64,000 bases of DNA from the human T2T-CHM13v2.0 reference genome, Homo sapiens. Made by a program: the position numbers and the translations under genes. The stretch lies in the NCBI RefSeq assembly GCF_009914755.1, contig NC_060932.1; one strand, written 5' to 3'. Below the pieces are notes generated by a model. It was not told where the DNA came from. It worked only from the letters and a program-made list of their open reading frames with translations, and ran no database searches. Positions 15,124 through 31,613 of this stretch are shown here, piece after piece; within the stretch, counting starts at the first letter, position 1; every line of letters begins with the position of its first letter.

Positions 15124-15540
15124 TGTAGAGGCTAAGGCAACTCCATCTTGGTTGCTAATCTACCATGTTGACTTCTAATTAACCTGTTCTGGGAAGGCCT
15201 CTAAGATTTCCAGTTTATCTATTTCCTGTGTAACAGCATGGACTTACCATCAATCTTGCTCTTGGGTCAAAACAACCTTCATGTTATCGTTTTTCAGTTG
15301 TCCCACACATTCCTTCTGAATCACGTACACCCCTTCCCTATGGTGTATAAGCCCTGGTTTGAGGGATAATGGTACTGTGGATTCACCCTCGTGTCTTGCT
15401 GCTGCCTAAGACACAGGCATGGCTTCTGTTCGTAAGTCCCTATTAAATGCTTCTTTCTGAGAAACTGGATATGTTAGCCGCCTTCTCAGCTCTCTCAAAC
15501 TTTGGGGGTAGGTTTGCACAGACCTGCCCACCACAGAACA
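15124..15540 (+). mobile_element. ERV solo LTR (LTR47/MER83-like)
   Basis: tgtagaggctaaggcaactccatcttgg...cacagaaca; TG..CA ends, TATA-like gtataa and attaaa poly(A) signal. Confidence 0.7.
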
Positions 15541-15986
15541 GTCACTTACTGTATTATTATACTTTAAAACTTATATGAGTCTTTCTTACATCACTGTTTG
15601 AGCAAAAATTGGTGCAAACTTCTGGAAGGTAATTTGGCCATGTTTATCAAAGACTTAAAGCTGCACCTAGCACTGTAACTAGTTACACTACTTCTAGGAA
15701 TCTTAAGAAAACAATCATGGATAAGCATGAAGATTTAGCAACAAAGATTTTCATTACAGCATTGTTTATAATAGTGAAAAACTGTAAACACTCTAAATAT
15801 CCAACAATAAGGAATGACTGGTTGACTAACTGTAAAAGTAGAAGTACGAAATATTTACAATCATTTGAAGTAAATGCTGCAAAACATAAATTTTCAAACT
15901 ATCTCCCAAATGATAATAACTTAATTCTTGGACACTTTTAACTATTTTAAATTTGTAGTAAAAAAAAAAGTACATATTCACTTTGT

Positions 15987-16200
15987 AAATTCATAGAGAC
16001 AGAAAGTAGATTATTAATTGCCACAGGTTGAGGGAGGAGGGAGTGGGGAGTGCTATTGAGTATAGAGTTTATTTTTGAGGTGATAAAAAAGTGCTGGAAT
16101 TAGAGTAGTAAAGGTTGCACAACTTTGTGAATAAACTAAAAACCACTGAATCATACACTTAAAAGCGTGAATTTATGGTATGCAAATTCTTTCTTTAAAA
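15987..16200 (+). mobile_element. L1M 3' end
   Basis: aaattcatagagacagaaagtagatta...gtgaatttatggtatg. Confidence 0.75.
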
Positions 16201-16414
16201 ATGCACATATTCAAACACTTTAGAATTTTAACTTGGTGGGACTCCTACCACAATATTAACTTATGTTGCCAGATAAATGTGTTTATATGAATCTTAAATT
16301 AGGCTGTCCCTTGGCACCTCTGTGCATGTAAGTGAATGTTCCATACACGTGTTACTGATTCACAAAGTTTGGGCTCTGCGCTGGCCTTCATCCAAGTTGG
16401 AGCACATGTCAGAA

Positions 16415-17500
16415 ATGCATTCCTTTTCCATGTGGCTGTCCAGTTGTTTAGCACAATTTGTTGAAAAGACTATTCTTTCCCCATTGGATGGCCTTGGTAC
16501 CCTTGTCAAAAATCAGCTGACCACAGACACATTAGTTTATTCTTCTACTCTCAATTCTATTCCATTGATCTATGTGTCTAAGCTTATGCCAGCACCCCAC
16601 TGTCTTGATTACCATTGCTCTGTACTAAGTTCTGAAATCAGGAAGTGTGAGTCCTACTTTGTTCTTTGTTTCAAGATTGTTTGTGTTATTTTGGGTCCCT
16701 TGCAATTCCATATATTTTTTCAAATCACTTTGTCAATTTCTACAGCAATCAGCTGGGATTCTGAAAGGGACTATACTGAATCTGTAGATCAATTTGGGGA
16801 GTACTGCCATTTTAACAATATTAAGTTTTCCAATCCATGAACATGGGACATTCTTCCATTTATTTAGATCTTCAATTTCTTTCAACATTGTTTTGTAGTT
16901 TTCAGACAATACACTTTGCACTCCCTTTGTTAAATTTATTCCTAAGTATTTTATGCTTTTTCATGCTATTAAAAATTGAGTTGTTTCCATTTCATTTTCA
17001 GGTTATTCACTTTAAGGGTACAGAAATACAAGTGATTTCTGTATGTTGATCTTGCATCCTGCAACTTTGCTAAACTCATTTATTAGTGCTAAAATTTCTT
17101 TAGTAGATTCCTTAGTATCTTCTATGTAGATAATCATATCATCTATGACTAGAGATAGTTTTACTTTTTCCTTTCCAATCTGGATGTTTTTTTTATTTTT
17201 CTTGCCTAACTGACTTGGCTAGAACCTTTAGTTCAATGCTGAATACAAGTAACACAAGCAGACATGCTTACCTTGTTCCTGGTCCTACAGGGAAAACACC
17301 CAGTCTTTACCAGTAAGCACAATATTAGCTGTGGGTTTCTTGTAGATGCCCTTTATCAGGTTGAGGAAGTTCCCTTCTATTCCTAGTTTTCTGGATGGTT
17401 TTATCATAAAATGGTGTTAGATTCTGTTAAATGCTTTTCCTGCATCTACTGGGATGAGCACATGGCTTTTTTTATTCTACTGACATGTTGTATTACATCA
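16415..17500 (-). mobile_element. L1M ORF2 fragment
   Basis: ORF 16733-16921 (-) [42 protein letters not shown] is L1 ORF2p sequence. Confidence 0.9.
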
Positions 17501-17671
17501 GTAGCAAAAGAGACAGAACATGGGTCAGTGATGATGATTCTGAGCTGCTGAATTAACCATATCTGGAGCCACTAAACCCTGGGTCTTCTAGGTAAATCTT
17601 ATTGTATACAAGAATTTGGAACAAGTTTTTTGTTACTTGCCACTAAAGAAATTCTGGCTGATACAACGAGT

Positions 17672-17926
17672 GTCATACTGGAGCCTGCTCACACTGTTTC
17701 AGGAAAGCCAGTTCTGTACATGTCTTCCCCACCCCCATTCAGTGATACTGCACTGACAGCTTCAAATCAGCCATGGTAACAGGATGTACACTATTTAATC
17801 TCTATTGAAGTATAGAGAAGACTGGAATAGGAACATTCAGTGCTAGTAGTTAAAATGAGCAGAAATTGGCAAGCACCATTTTTCTTTCAGAGATCCAGTT
17901 GCTACACATTTAGCAGCATACCACTG
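17672..17926 (+). mobile_element. MER63-like hAT-Blackjack element with internal insertion
   Basis: tactggagcctgctcacac...aaatcagccatgg...gaaattggcaa...cacatttagcagcataccactg. Confidence 0.65.
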
Positions 17927-18704
17927 GATACAACTCTGTTTCAAAGTTTTCTTTTCATCAAATCTACCTTCTTATTCCCATAATAAAGTTAATAATAATG
18001 AATAAGTTACTACAATAAGAATTTTACCAACAAAATACTGTATATATCTGGGTTTCTAATAAGACTTTACTAGAAAAAAGTCTCCAGTATTTATTTCTAT
18101 AAAAGAATATTTCAGAATATGGAAAATCACCGACATTATAAGTTTTTTTTTAAAAACAAACTGATTATAAAACATTACACACAGTAGGAGAAAGAATCTA
18201 TTTCAATGAACAGATACTAGGACTGTCGAGCTAAACACCAATGTGTTCACAATGTTATTATCTCTGGGTAGTAACATTACAGATGATTCTTATTATTTTT
18301 GCATGTTCTTTCCCTTGATTTTTAATGATGAACATGTATTAACTTACTAAGAGTAATAAAGAAAAATACAATTTATATTTTCAAGAGGAAGAAACGTAAA
18401 GTATAGTAATTTTTGTCCGTGAGCACAAGAAGACACTTTTTTTCCTTCCATTTTATCTAGGAAGAACCTATACAATTCCTTGCAGGTAGGAAGGTAGCAC
18501 TAGTTCTTAAACTGGGTGATTCTTTGTTGCTATTTATAATACAAAGTTATAAACTTGTTCTCTACCTCAAGACAATGTAGTCATAACTTACAATATGCAT
18601 TATAAGAAAAGTGCTGTATTCTTCACACATAATCGCTTTGAAAAAAATGTGATCTGATTCATGAAATTGCATAACCTCTACTCCTAAAGAGGATATAGTA
18701 AAGT

Positions 18705-18900
18705 GAAGTAGCACTGGACCAAGAGTTAGAAGATTTGGTTTCTGGTTCTAGAGTTAAACCTTATTAGCCATGTGACCTCTGGCAAGGAGCAATCTCTCTG
18801 AACCTAAATCTTCTCATTTGTTAAATGGAGCTAATAACACCCATTCCTCTTCACAGGATGAGATAAAGTATATGAAGACTATCAAATGAAAGATGGTATC
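18705..18900 (+). mobile_element. MIR
   Basis: agcactggacc...tagccatgtgacctctggcaag...ttctcatttgttaaatgg. Confidence 0.65.
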
Positions 18901-19210
18901 ATATGCCACTGCTTCATTACATAAACATTAAAAGTCTTATAACAACCGTATTTTGTTCCACTTTGATACAGAAAAACAGCTTTATAATCAGGAAGTTATG
19001 ATGCCAGTTTTTCTGGTAACAGGTTAATTTGCTCAGTGCTTTGAAGATCTTTGTATCAAAAAAAAGTTTTAAAAATATTTTCTTTACTGCATTACTCTTT
19101 TTAAGTTACCTCAAAAAATCCAAGGATGTCAACAGATTAGCATTACCACAACATGACACTAGAAAAGCCAAGAAAGCTATAGATTGATTTCCGTAAGAAA
19201 TATTGCTGTA

Positions 19211-20178
19211 AAAGAAACTACCATCAGAGTGAACAGGCAATCTACAGAATGGGAGAAAATTTTTGCAATCTACCCATCTGACAAAAGGCTAATATCCAGA
19301 ATCTACAAAGAACTTAAACAAATTTACAAGAAAAAATCAAACCCCATCACAAAGTGGGCAAAGGATATGAACAGACACTTTTCAAAAGAAGACATTTATG
19401 CAGCCAACAGACACATGAAAAAATGCTCATCATCACTGGTCAGAGAAATACTAATCAAAACCACAATGAGATACCATCTCACACTAGTTAGAATGGTGAT
19501 CATTAAAAAGTCAGGAAACAACAGGTGCTGGAGAGGATGTGGAGAAATAGGAACACTTTTACACTGTTGGTGGGAGTGTAAATTAGTTCAACCATTGTGG
19601 AAGACAGTGTGGCGATTCCTCAAGGATCTAGAACTAGAATTACCATTTGACCCAGCGATATCATTACTGGGTATATACCCCAAGGATTATAAGTCACGCT
19701 ACTATAAAGACACATGCACACATATGTTTACTGCAGCACTATTGACAATAGCAAAGACTTGGAACCAACCCAAATGTCCATCAATGATAGACTAGATTAA
19801 GAAAATGTGGCACATATACACCATGGAATACTATGCAGCCACAAAAAAGGATGAGTTCCTGTCCTTTGTAGCGACATGGATGAAGCTGGAAACCATCATT
19901 CTGAGTAAACTATCGCAAGGACAGAAAACCAAACACCGCATGTTCTCACTCATAGGTGGGAATTGAACAATGAGAACACTTGGACACAGGGTGGGGAACG
20001 TGACACACCAGGGCCTGTCATGGGGTGGGGGGATGGGGGAGGGATAGCATTAGAAGAAATACCTAATGTAAATGATGAGTTAATGGGTGCAGCAAACCAA
20101 CACAGCACATGTATACATATGTAACAAACCTGCATGTTGTGCACATATACCCTAGAACTTAAAGTGTAATAAAAAAAG
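19211..20178 (+). mobile_element. 5'-truncated primate L1 (L1PA4-6-like)
   Basis: ORF 19184-19795 encodes the ORF2p C-terminus including CWRGC...HCWWEC, cut by a premature TAG. L1PA 3' UTR present; TSD tattgctgtaaaag at 19201-19214 and 20179-20192. Confidence 0.95.
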
Positions 20179-20844
20179 TATTGCTGTAAAAGCCCTAAAT
20201 AAAATATTAGCAAGTAGTCATCAATAGAATAATACATTTTTTTTTGTTTTAAAAGAACAATATATTTTAACCAAGTAAAAATCATCCTATTTTTTAAGGA
20301 TAAATTAATATTAGAATATCCACTAAGGTAATTTACTATATTAGAGCAAAGGTGAAAAACTTAAAGTATCTCAATAAATGACCCAAAATCATGTGAATAA
20401 ACAATCACTCCCATATAAATACTCCTAATATTCAAACATATTTTAAGAAACAATCATTCCCAATAAATATTTCCTAATAAAGTAAGAAAAAGGTAAAACT
20501 GTTATTTGCAGGTGATTATGAAACAGACAAGAAAAGGGACTGAAAAACTATTAGAAACAATAAACTTAATATACAACTGATTTACAAAATTAATTCAAAA
20601 ATTATTATAGTTTGCCCACATACAACCAATTAGGTAGAAAACATAATGAGGGAAAAAATTTATATCTGCAACCAAATAAAAGTAAATCTGGGTGTAAACA
20701 ACAAAAATTGTAAAGGCCTCTATGAAGAAAATTTAAATCTCTATTGAAGGATAGAGAAGACTGGAATAGGAACATTCAGTGCTAGCGGTTAAAATGAACA
20801 GGAGGAGGAAGTGGAGAAAAAAAGGAGGAAGATGAGAGCAACTT

Positions 20845-21258
20845 TACCAGTCAGGTTCCCAGCAGAAAACTGATGACAAACTCAAGGAGGTAACTAAAGA
20901 GAACTTCATGAAGGGACTGTTTACTGAGGTCTGGCCAGGGTGCAGCACCCAGGGGCTAGCAATAGTGGGAAGATGTTACTACTGAACCCTAGTGAAGACT
21001 CTCACTGTGGGAGAGAAGACAAGAAATGTGGCCTTAGGTGAACAAACACAGCCCTCCAGGGGGAAAAGCTGGGAAATGTACCCTAAACTCTCTCTCCTCC
21101 CACCCGCCCATCTCCTGCTAGGCCTCCCATTGGCCAACCCAACGAGAAGCCAGACGGCATGAGAGGCTGGATGATTCCACAGAGGTTAGCCTCTTTCAGC
21201 AGAGAGCAAGATGAAGAGTAGAGAATATATTTGAAGGATAAAAGGAATATCCAGCACA
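20845..21258 (-). mobile_element. ERVL LTR (LTR33/LTR41-like)
   Basis: cagtcaggttcccagcagaaaactgatgacaaactcaa...atatccagcaca. Confidence 0.5.
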
Positions 21259-21598
21259 GCAGCTATTCTCCTTTGACTGTTTATGCCAGGCACTGCTCTA
21301 GGCACTTTATTTGGATTAATCCTTTTAACTCTCACATGGTCTAATAATGCCAATTAACCCTAAACTACAAATTCAAACAATTCCAGTAAAAATACTTGGT
21401 GTGTAGTTAGAGGGAAGAAGGGAGTTTTCGACAAATGATAGATTCTTCTAGAATGATAAACATACACGCAAGGTCAGGGAGGGGGAAAAGAGAAAAATAA
21501 TCCTATCAAATACAAAAATTAATTATTAAACTATTAGTTTAAATGGTTTGATACTGGAACATGAATAGACAGATCAATGGAAAAGAATAGAAAGTCCA

Positions 21599-21900
21599 GG
21601 CCAGGCGAGGTGGCTCACACCTGTAATCCCAGCACTTTGGGAGGCCAAGGCAAGTGGATCAGTTGAGCCCAGGAGTTGGAGACCAGCCTGGGCAACATGG
21701 CAAAACCCCATCTCTACAAAAAATACAAAAAATTAGCCAGGAGAGTGGCATGTGTCTGTGGTCCCGGCTACTCAGGAGTCTGAGGTGGGAGGATCATTTG
21801 AACTCAGGAGGTGGAGGCTGCAGTGAGCCAAGAATGCACCACTGCACTCCAGCCTGGGTGACAGCGCGAGACCGTTTCAAAAACAGAAAAAAAAAAAAAA
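21599..21900 (+). mobile_element. AluJ
   Basis: Full dimer; aaagtccagg on both sides. Confidence 0.9.
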
Positions 21901-23099
21901 AAGTCCAGGAATAGAACAAAATACATGCACAAGAATTTCACATGTGATAGAGGTGGTGTTTCAAATAAATGGAGAAAAGATGCAGTATTTAATAAATGAT
22001 TTCGGAGAAACTGGCTAGTAAATAGAGGAGGAAAGGCTAAATTCCTGCCTTATTCCTTATACCACAATAAATTCCAGATGGAGCAAAGATCAAAACATGA
22101 AAAACAAACTGTGGAAGCAGAACCATAAAGAATAATGTAAAAGAACTGTATAAGAACACAACAATGGAAGTATTATCTTGAAGTAGTAAGGAGAATATTC
22201 TAAGCATGATATAGCACCAGAAGCCTTAAAAGTGGAAAAAAAATGACACATTTAATTAAATAAAACCACCACACACAAAAAAACTACCATAAAAAGTCAA
22301 AAGACAAGACATTAGATAAAATATTGGTAATATTGTAATAAAACCTTATTTTTCTTATATTACTCTTACAATGCAACAAGATAATGGCCAGATACGTATT
22401 TTTGAAAAATACAAATGCTATTAACATAAAAACATGCATAGCACCACTTTTAATAGAAGCAAAACAAACCTAATGAGATACCTTTTTATTTTAACCTATC
22501 ACACTGGCAAGGATTCGAAAGACTGATAACACCTCACTGCCAGTAAGGGTATGGAGATAACGAGAAAGAAACAACAGATACCCGCACTGTTCAAAAAGGC
22601 TCACTAGCCAACTCAGGAACCAAACACATTAGAATAAATTTTCAAATGAACCCTCATTATCTGGACTGTCCCTACACTTGCTCAGGAACTAAACAGATTT
22701 GGATAACACCATATCCCTCACCATTTGAACTCACTGTGCTAATTCAAGAAAAGGAAAAGATTTGGACACAGTAGGCACTGTGAAAAACACAAATAAAAAT
22801 ACAAAACATACAGTTTTGTAGTGAGAATGTAAGTTAGCATAACCCTTTCAGAGATATCAAAGTTGTAAATGCACATAGCTTCTGACCCAAGTTCTACCAC
22901 TTCTAGAAATGAATGTCACAGATATATTAGCATAGGAATGTAAATATATATGCACAGAATATTTACTGCAGCACTGTTTGAAAGTACTATTAAAAAAAAA
23001 TACAAGAAACCCAACAACCAAAAAACTGTTAACAGCCTAAGCATCTTGATTAGTAGGGACCTGATTAAATTACAGTCCATTCATAGAAAGTTATGAAAT

Positions 23100-23800
23100 C
23101 CTAGTTTTTCAAAGATGATTGGTATGAACTGGGAAAAGACCATTTAGTGAATCTTCTTAGACCAGGAACCAAAATGTAATTGTAAATATTGAAAATGATA
23201 GCTGATTTTCAAATTTTGACTTGAAAAATAAGACAAAAATATAAAAACAAGTTTATTTTATATTTGACAAAATTAAGTTATAATTTCAACTGCAAAATTC
23301 TTAGACTAAAAGAATGAATCAAGCATTGACTTTATTTTTTAATGTAATCTTTTTGACAAAACTGTATAATAGCACGATTGGATATCCTTCATGTTTTTCT
23401 CTTATGGGACAATTACAAAGAAGATATTCTTGCAAAAATTCTGAAGGGTTCCATCCATTTTCCTAAGGTCCTCTCTTTAATCGTCTGGTAGTCAAATCAG
23501 GCTCCCTTACAGCATCTATTATATCATCAACCTTGATAATTTTCTCTTCTTCAACTGTCAATAGCTTTGAGTTCTTTAATATCACACCCATGAACTTCAT
23601 AAACACCTGCATATTTTGCAAGTTGAGCAATTTCAGTTTGCAAATGATTTTATTCTCTTTTATTAAAATTGCTAATAAATGGTCAGGAGCAACATTTGAG
23701 TGCAAACTAATTTTAAAAGTGGTATTTTCATTACTGAATTTTTTTTTTCTGAAGACCTTGGCTTACATAACCAATGCAGTAACACAGATGCTAAGCAGAT
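23100..23800 (-). mobile_element. Ancient Tigger/pogo-family transposase relic
   Basis: Frameshifted minus-strand translation EIAQLAKYAGVYEVHGCDIKEL...DLTTRRLKRG...LRKMDGTLQNFCKN...DIQSCYYTVLSKRLH*KIKSMLDSFF* resembles a Tigger transposase C-terminus. Confidence 0.65.
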
Positions 23801-23903
23801 GATTAAATGAAAATGACCTATTATACTGATATAAAGATGTGCAAGATACATTTATTTATAGAACAATATGTAGTATGATTCCATTTGCTTAAAAAGGACT
23901 TTC

Positions 23904-24264
<361 letters not shown>

Positions 24265-24394
24265 CTATCTTTATATGTGAACAAATTTTCAGAAAAAGCA
24301 TTCAGGAAACTATAAACATTGCTTAACTCTGGGGAATTGCTAAGAAGAAGTTACCTTTAAGTGTATTTTATATCCTTCTAAATTATTTAATTTT

Positions 24395-24828
<434 letters not shown>

Positions 24829-25295
24829 TCACAGTAATGGTGATGTTGATATAACTAGGTTTTAAATTAAATACATAGTAATGATAGATAATCTATGATC
24901 CCAGCTTTCGAGAGTTTAAACTAAGCCCTAACTTATAAGAGCCATTAAATTTAGAAATCTCAAATACTAATTAAACCATTTAAATAACATTCTAATGCAA
25001 GGCTCAATTACCCTAGCAGTTTTTTTCAAATCTAATTACTTCAGACAGAAAACCTTTGTTTACCTTTTTACACTTTAGAGACAGGATCTGGTCTCTGATT
25101 ACCAAGTTGTGAAACAAAATTTGAGATTTAAGAACTAGGCAAAAGATAAGCAAAACTAACTCCCAGTCATGACACAAAAAATATCTGTGCTCACTGAAGC
25201 AACTTTAACTGTTTTAAAACTTTTCCTAAGAAAAAAGAGAGATGTGTTCATTTTATACTAAAATTCCAATAAATGTTAAAAATGAAAGAATAGTC

Positions 25296-25925
25296 AGATG
25301 ATTCTCAAAGTGTGCTACATACAGGGAGACCCAATACCTTTTCAAAGGGTCTTAGAGATAGAATTATACATTGCTAAGATCCATTGATAGAATAATGGAT
25401 TTTAATGTAACAGTACAAAAAAATTCGTTGATATGGTTTCAGATCCTATGTTGTAACTAACTTTTACAAAACTATCACTTCTTGAGTTTTACTGTCATAT
25501 CACAGAATTTTCACCATTATATGAAAGGGCTTTTAAAATATACCTCCGACTACATCTTAGTGGGGCCAGATTTTCTTCACTTACTTCAGCCAAAGCAACA
25601 CACTATAACAAATTCAGTGCAAAGCCTAAAGTGAAATCCAGTTGTCTTCTATTAAGGTAGACGTTAATGAGATTTGAGAATGTAAAGCAATGCCACTCTC
25701 CTACTTCATTTTGGAAAATATCTATTTTCATTTAACACATGTTATTTATGTTAACATGTAATTGGTATTTCTTGTAAATGAATAATATTTAGCTCTTTTC
25801 TCAGTTTTAATTTCTAATACAATAAATATCAGTACATAAAACCCACATAAACAAAAGCTCTTTAGAGTTCTCAGAATAATAAAAGTGGAAAAGAATCCTG
25901 AAACAAAAAATTTTGAGTATCATTA
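25296..25925. mobile_element. Charlie1-derived hAT DNA transposon
   Basis: attctcaaagtgtg... start; acccacataaacaaaagctcttt...aaaaaattttgagtatca end. Confidence 0.7.
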
Positions 25926-26069
25926 TCACAGTCTATTCTATGAATCAAAAGGCAAAGAGGTGAAAGCAATTTGCTTACAACTAGGACGAATGTGCAGAAG
26001 GTAATGTTAGATACTAAATTTGTTTTTTAGATAGAATTCAATGCTTTTTAAAGAAGAGATGAGAAAAAA

Positions 26070-28770
<2,701 letters not shown>

Positions 28771-28787
28771 TACAAAAGTAATGTAAG

Positions 28788-29080
28788 GGTGGGTGTAAGG
28801 GCTCATGTCTGTTATGCAGGCACTTTGGGAGGCCAAGGTGAAAGGACTGGAGGCCAGGAGTTCAAGACCAGCCTGGGCAACATAGTGAGACACTGTCTCT
28901 ACAAAAAAATATATGTTAAGTTAGCTGGGTGTGGTGGCACATGCCTGTGATCCCAGCTGCTCTGAGGCTGAGGAGGGAGGATCACTTAAGCACGGACGTT
29001 CAGGGTTGCAGTGAGCCCGGACCACACCACTGCACTCCAGCCTGGGTGACATAGCGAGACCCTGTCTCAAAGAAAAGAAA
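28788..29080 (+). mobile_element. AluJ (diverged)
   Basis: Dimeric Alu with J-type motifs. Confidence 0.85.
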
Positions 29081-29401
29081 ACTTGTTTAAGAAATAAAAA
29101 TTCTATTAAAATGTTCAAATTGTTTGGACCAATAATTCCACTTCTATAAAAACCATCCTTAAAGAAATAACACCAAAATATGGAGAAAGCTGTAATTAGC
29201 ATGTCCTTACAAAGTTATTGTTAACAGCAAAAAAATTAAAGCAATGTAAGTATTTAGCAGAGCTAGATATTAATAAAACCATGGTACACACAACTGATAC
29301 ATTACATAATCCTTAAAAGTTAAAATTACAAAAATTATTCCATTGTAAACTTCTTAATTCTTCCCATTGACAAAAGTTAGTAAGATTAATTTTATTCAAA
29401 T

Positions 29402-29755
29402 TGTGGCACACTACTAGTTGTCTCCCAAAACATCTATTCTCATGTTCTTCCTGAGCATACAATCAGTCACATAGGCTCCATTTCCCAGCCTCCCTTATAG
29501 GTAGGCATAGCCGTGTCACTAAGTTCTCACCAATGATGCAATGTGAGTAAAAGAAATAGCAGAACTTCCTGCTCACCTCCTCAATGGCAAACTGTCCTGA
29601 ATTTCCTCCTTCTCCTCCCCACAGACTGAAGTGTGAAATTGTACAACCATGACAAGTGGATCCCTGTATTACTTCATGGAGCAGAATAGAATATCTCCAA
29701 CCTACTACATGACAGCAAAATAAAATGTTATCTTATTATGAAGACTAAGTAACTG
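29402..29755 (+). mobile_element. Old MLT1 LTR (H/I/J-like)
   Basis: tgtggca...catttcccagcctccctt...actaagttctcaccaatg. Confidence 0.55.
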
Positions 29756-29785
29756 TAAAAATCCACATTTTAAAAAGTATTACAT

Positions 29786-30124
<339 letters not shown>

Positions 30125-30232
30125 TCAAAACTACCTTAAAATATGTATATAAACATAGGAAATACATAAAAATAATATTTGGTGGTTGAACTATTAATTA
30201 TTCTTTATCAAACTTTCAGTAATGTTGTTTAA

Positions 30233-30574
<342 letters not shown>

Positions 30575-30833
30575 TAAACAACTGAGGATATAAATAATAA
30601 AACAGTGAAAAGCAGTTCCAAAATAGATTTAAGAAATTTTTATCCTATTGACTTTCATATTATAAAACATGGGTCCTCTGGCCAATATTCCAAATCCAAG
30701 GTGCTTGGTCTGCAAATCAGTGTCATCTGCATTCTTTAATAAGAATTATCTACTCATACTTCTCAAGGGCACTAGCTAGTAGCCTTAACCAGTAAGACTA
30801 CCTCCATATAACTGAATAGGCCTTTTTGACTTT

Positions 30834-30864
<31 letters not shown>

Positions 30865-31311
30865 CTTTTTTCATATTTGTATTTTTTTTAAGAGAAAATA
30901 ATGCCTCAATGCAAGGAGATATGAGAACCAGACCTAAAAAGCTTTATGAAGCTTCCATTAACCTAAAAATCTGTCTAAAGAAGGATGAGCACTGTTCCCG
31001 CTGTGAAAAGCATAGCTTCTCATAAAATAGCAATTTAAGGTTAAAATTCCCTCCCCCCTAAACCAAGATACAGCCCAACCCAAAGAAAGCAAAATAAATG
31101 TAAAAACTTTGCCATCCTCTCATATTTGAAACTATATAATCCCTCTAAAAATATAGCCAATTTATACAGTATCTTGATATTCCCCAACGATTAAACTTAA
31201 GTTTTGAAGAGGAAGAAATGTGTATAACCCTGTAATATATTGCTACTGCAAATCTATAGAAGTGGTACCCCGACTCCCAAGCAATATGTACCATAAATGT
31301 TCATTTTTAGA

Positions 31312-31613
31312 GCTATGCTGTCCAATGAGAATCACTAGCCATCTGTAGCTATAGAATACTTGAAATGGTGATAGTCAGAATCAACATGTGCTACCAGTAG
31401 ACAATACACACTGAATTCTGAAGACTTATTATCTAAAAACTATAAAATATATCAGTATCTTTCTAATTTTGATTACATGTTAAATTGATAAAGTTTTACA
31501 TACAGTGAGTTAAATAAAATTATTTTCGTCTGTTTCATTTTACTTTTTAAAATATGGCTACAACAAAATTTAAAATTACACATGTGGCTCACAGTATATT
31601 TCTACTGGACACC
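31312..31613. mobile_element. MER33-like hAT-Charlie MITE
   Basis: gctgtccaat...cactagcca...aaaatttaaaattacacatgtggctcac...ctactggaca. Confidence 0.75.

Larger units (their letters stand above)
20195..23090 (+). mobile_element. Old L1ME-like fragments (interrupted by LTR, MIR, AluJ)
   Basis: Degenerate ORF2/3' UTR motifs (gaatagacagatcaatgg, ttccttataccacaataaattccagatgg). Confidence 0.6.

Noticed and set aside
19184-19795. 203-aa ORF as a gene
   Set aside because: It is the ORF2p C-terminus of a 5'-truncated L1PA with a premature stop.
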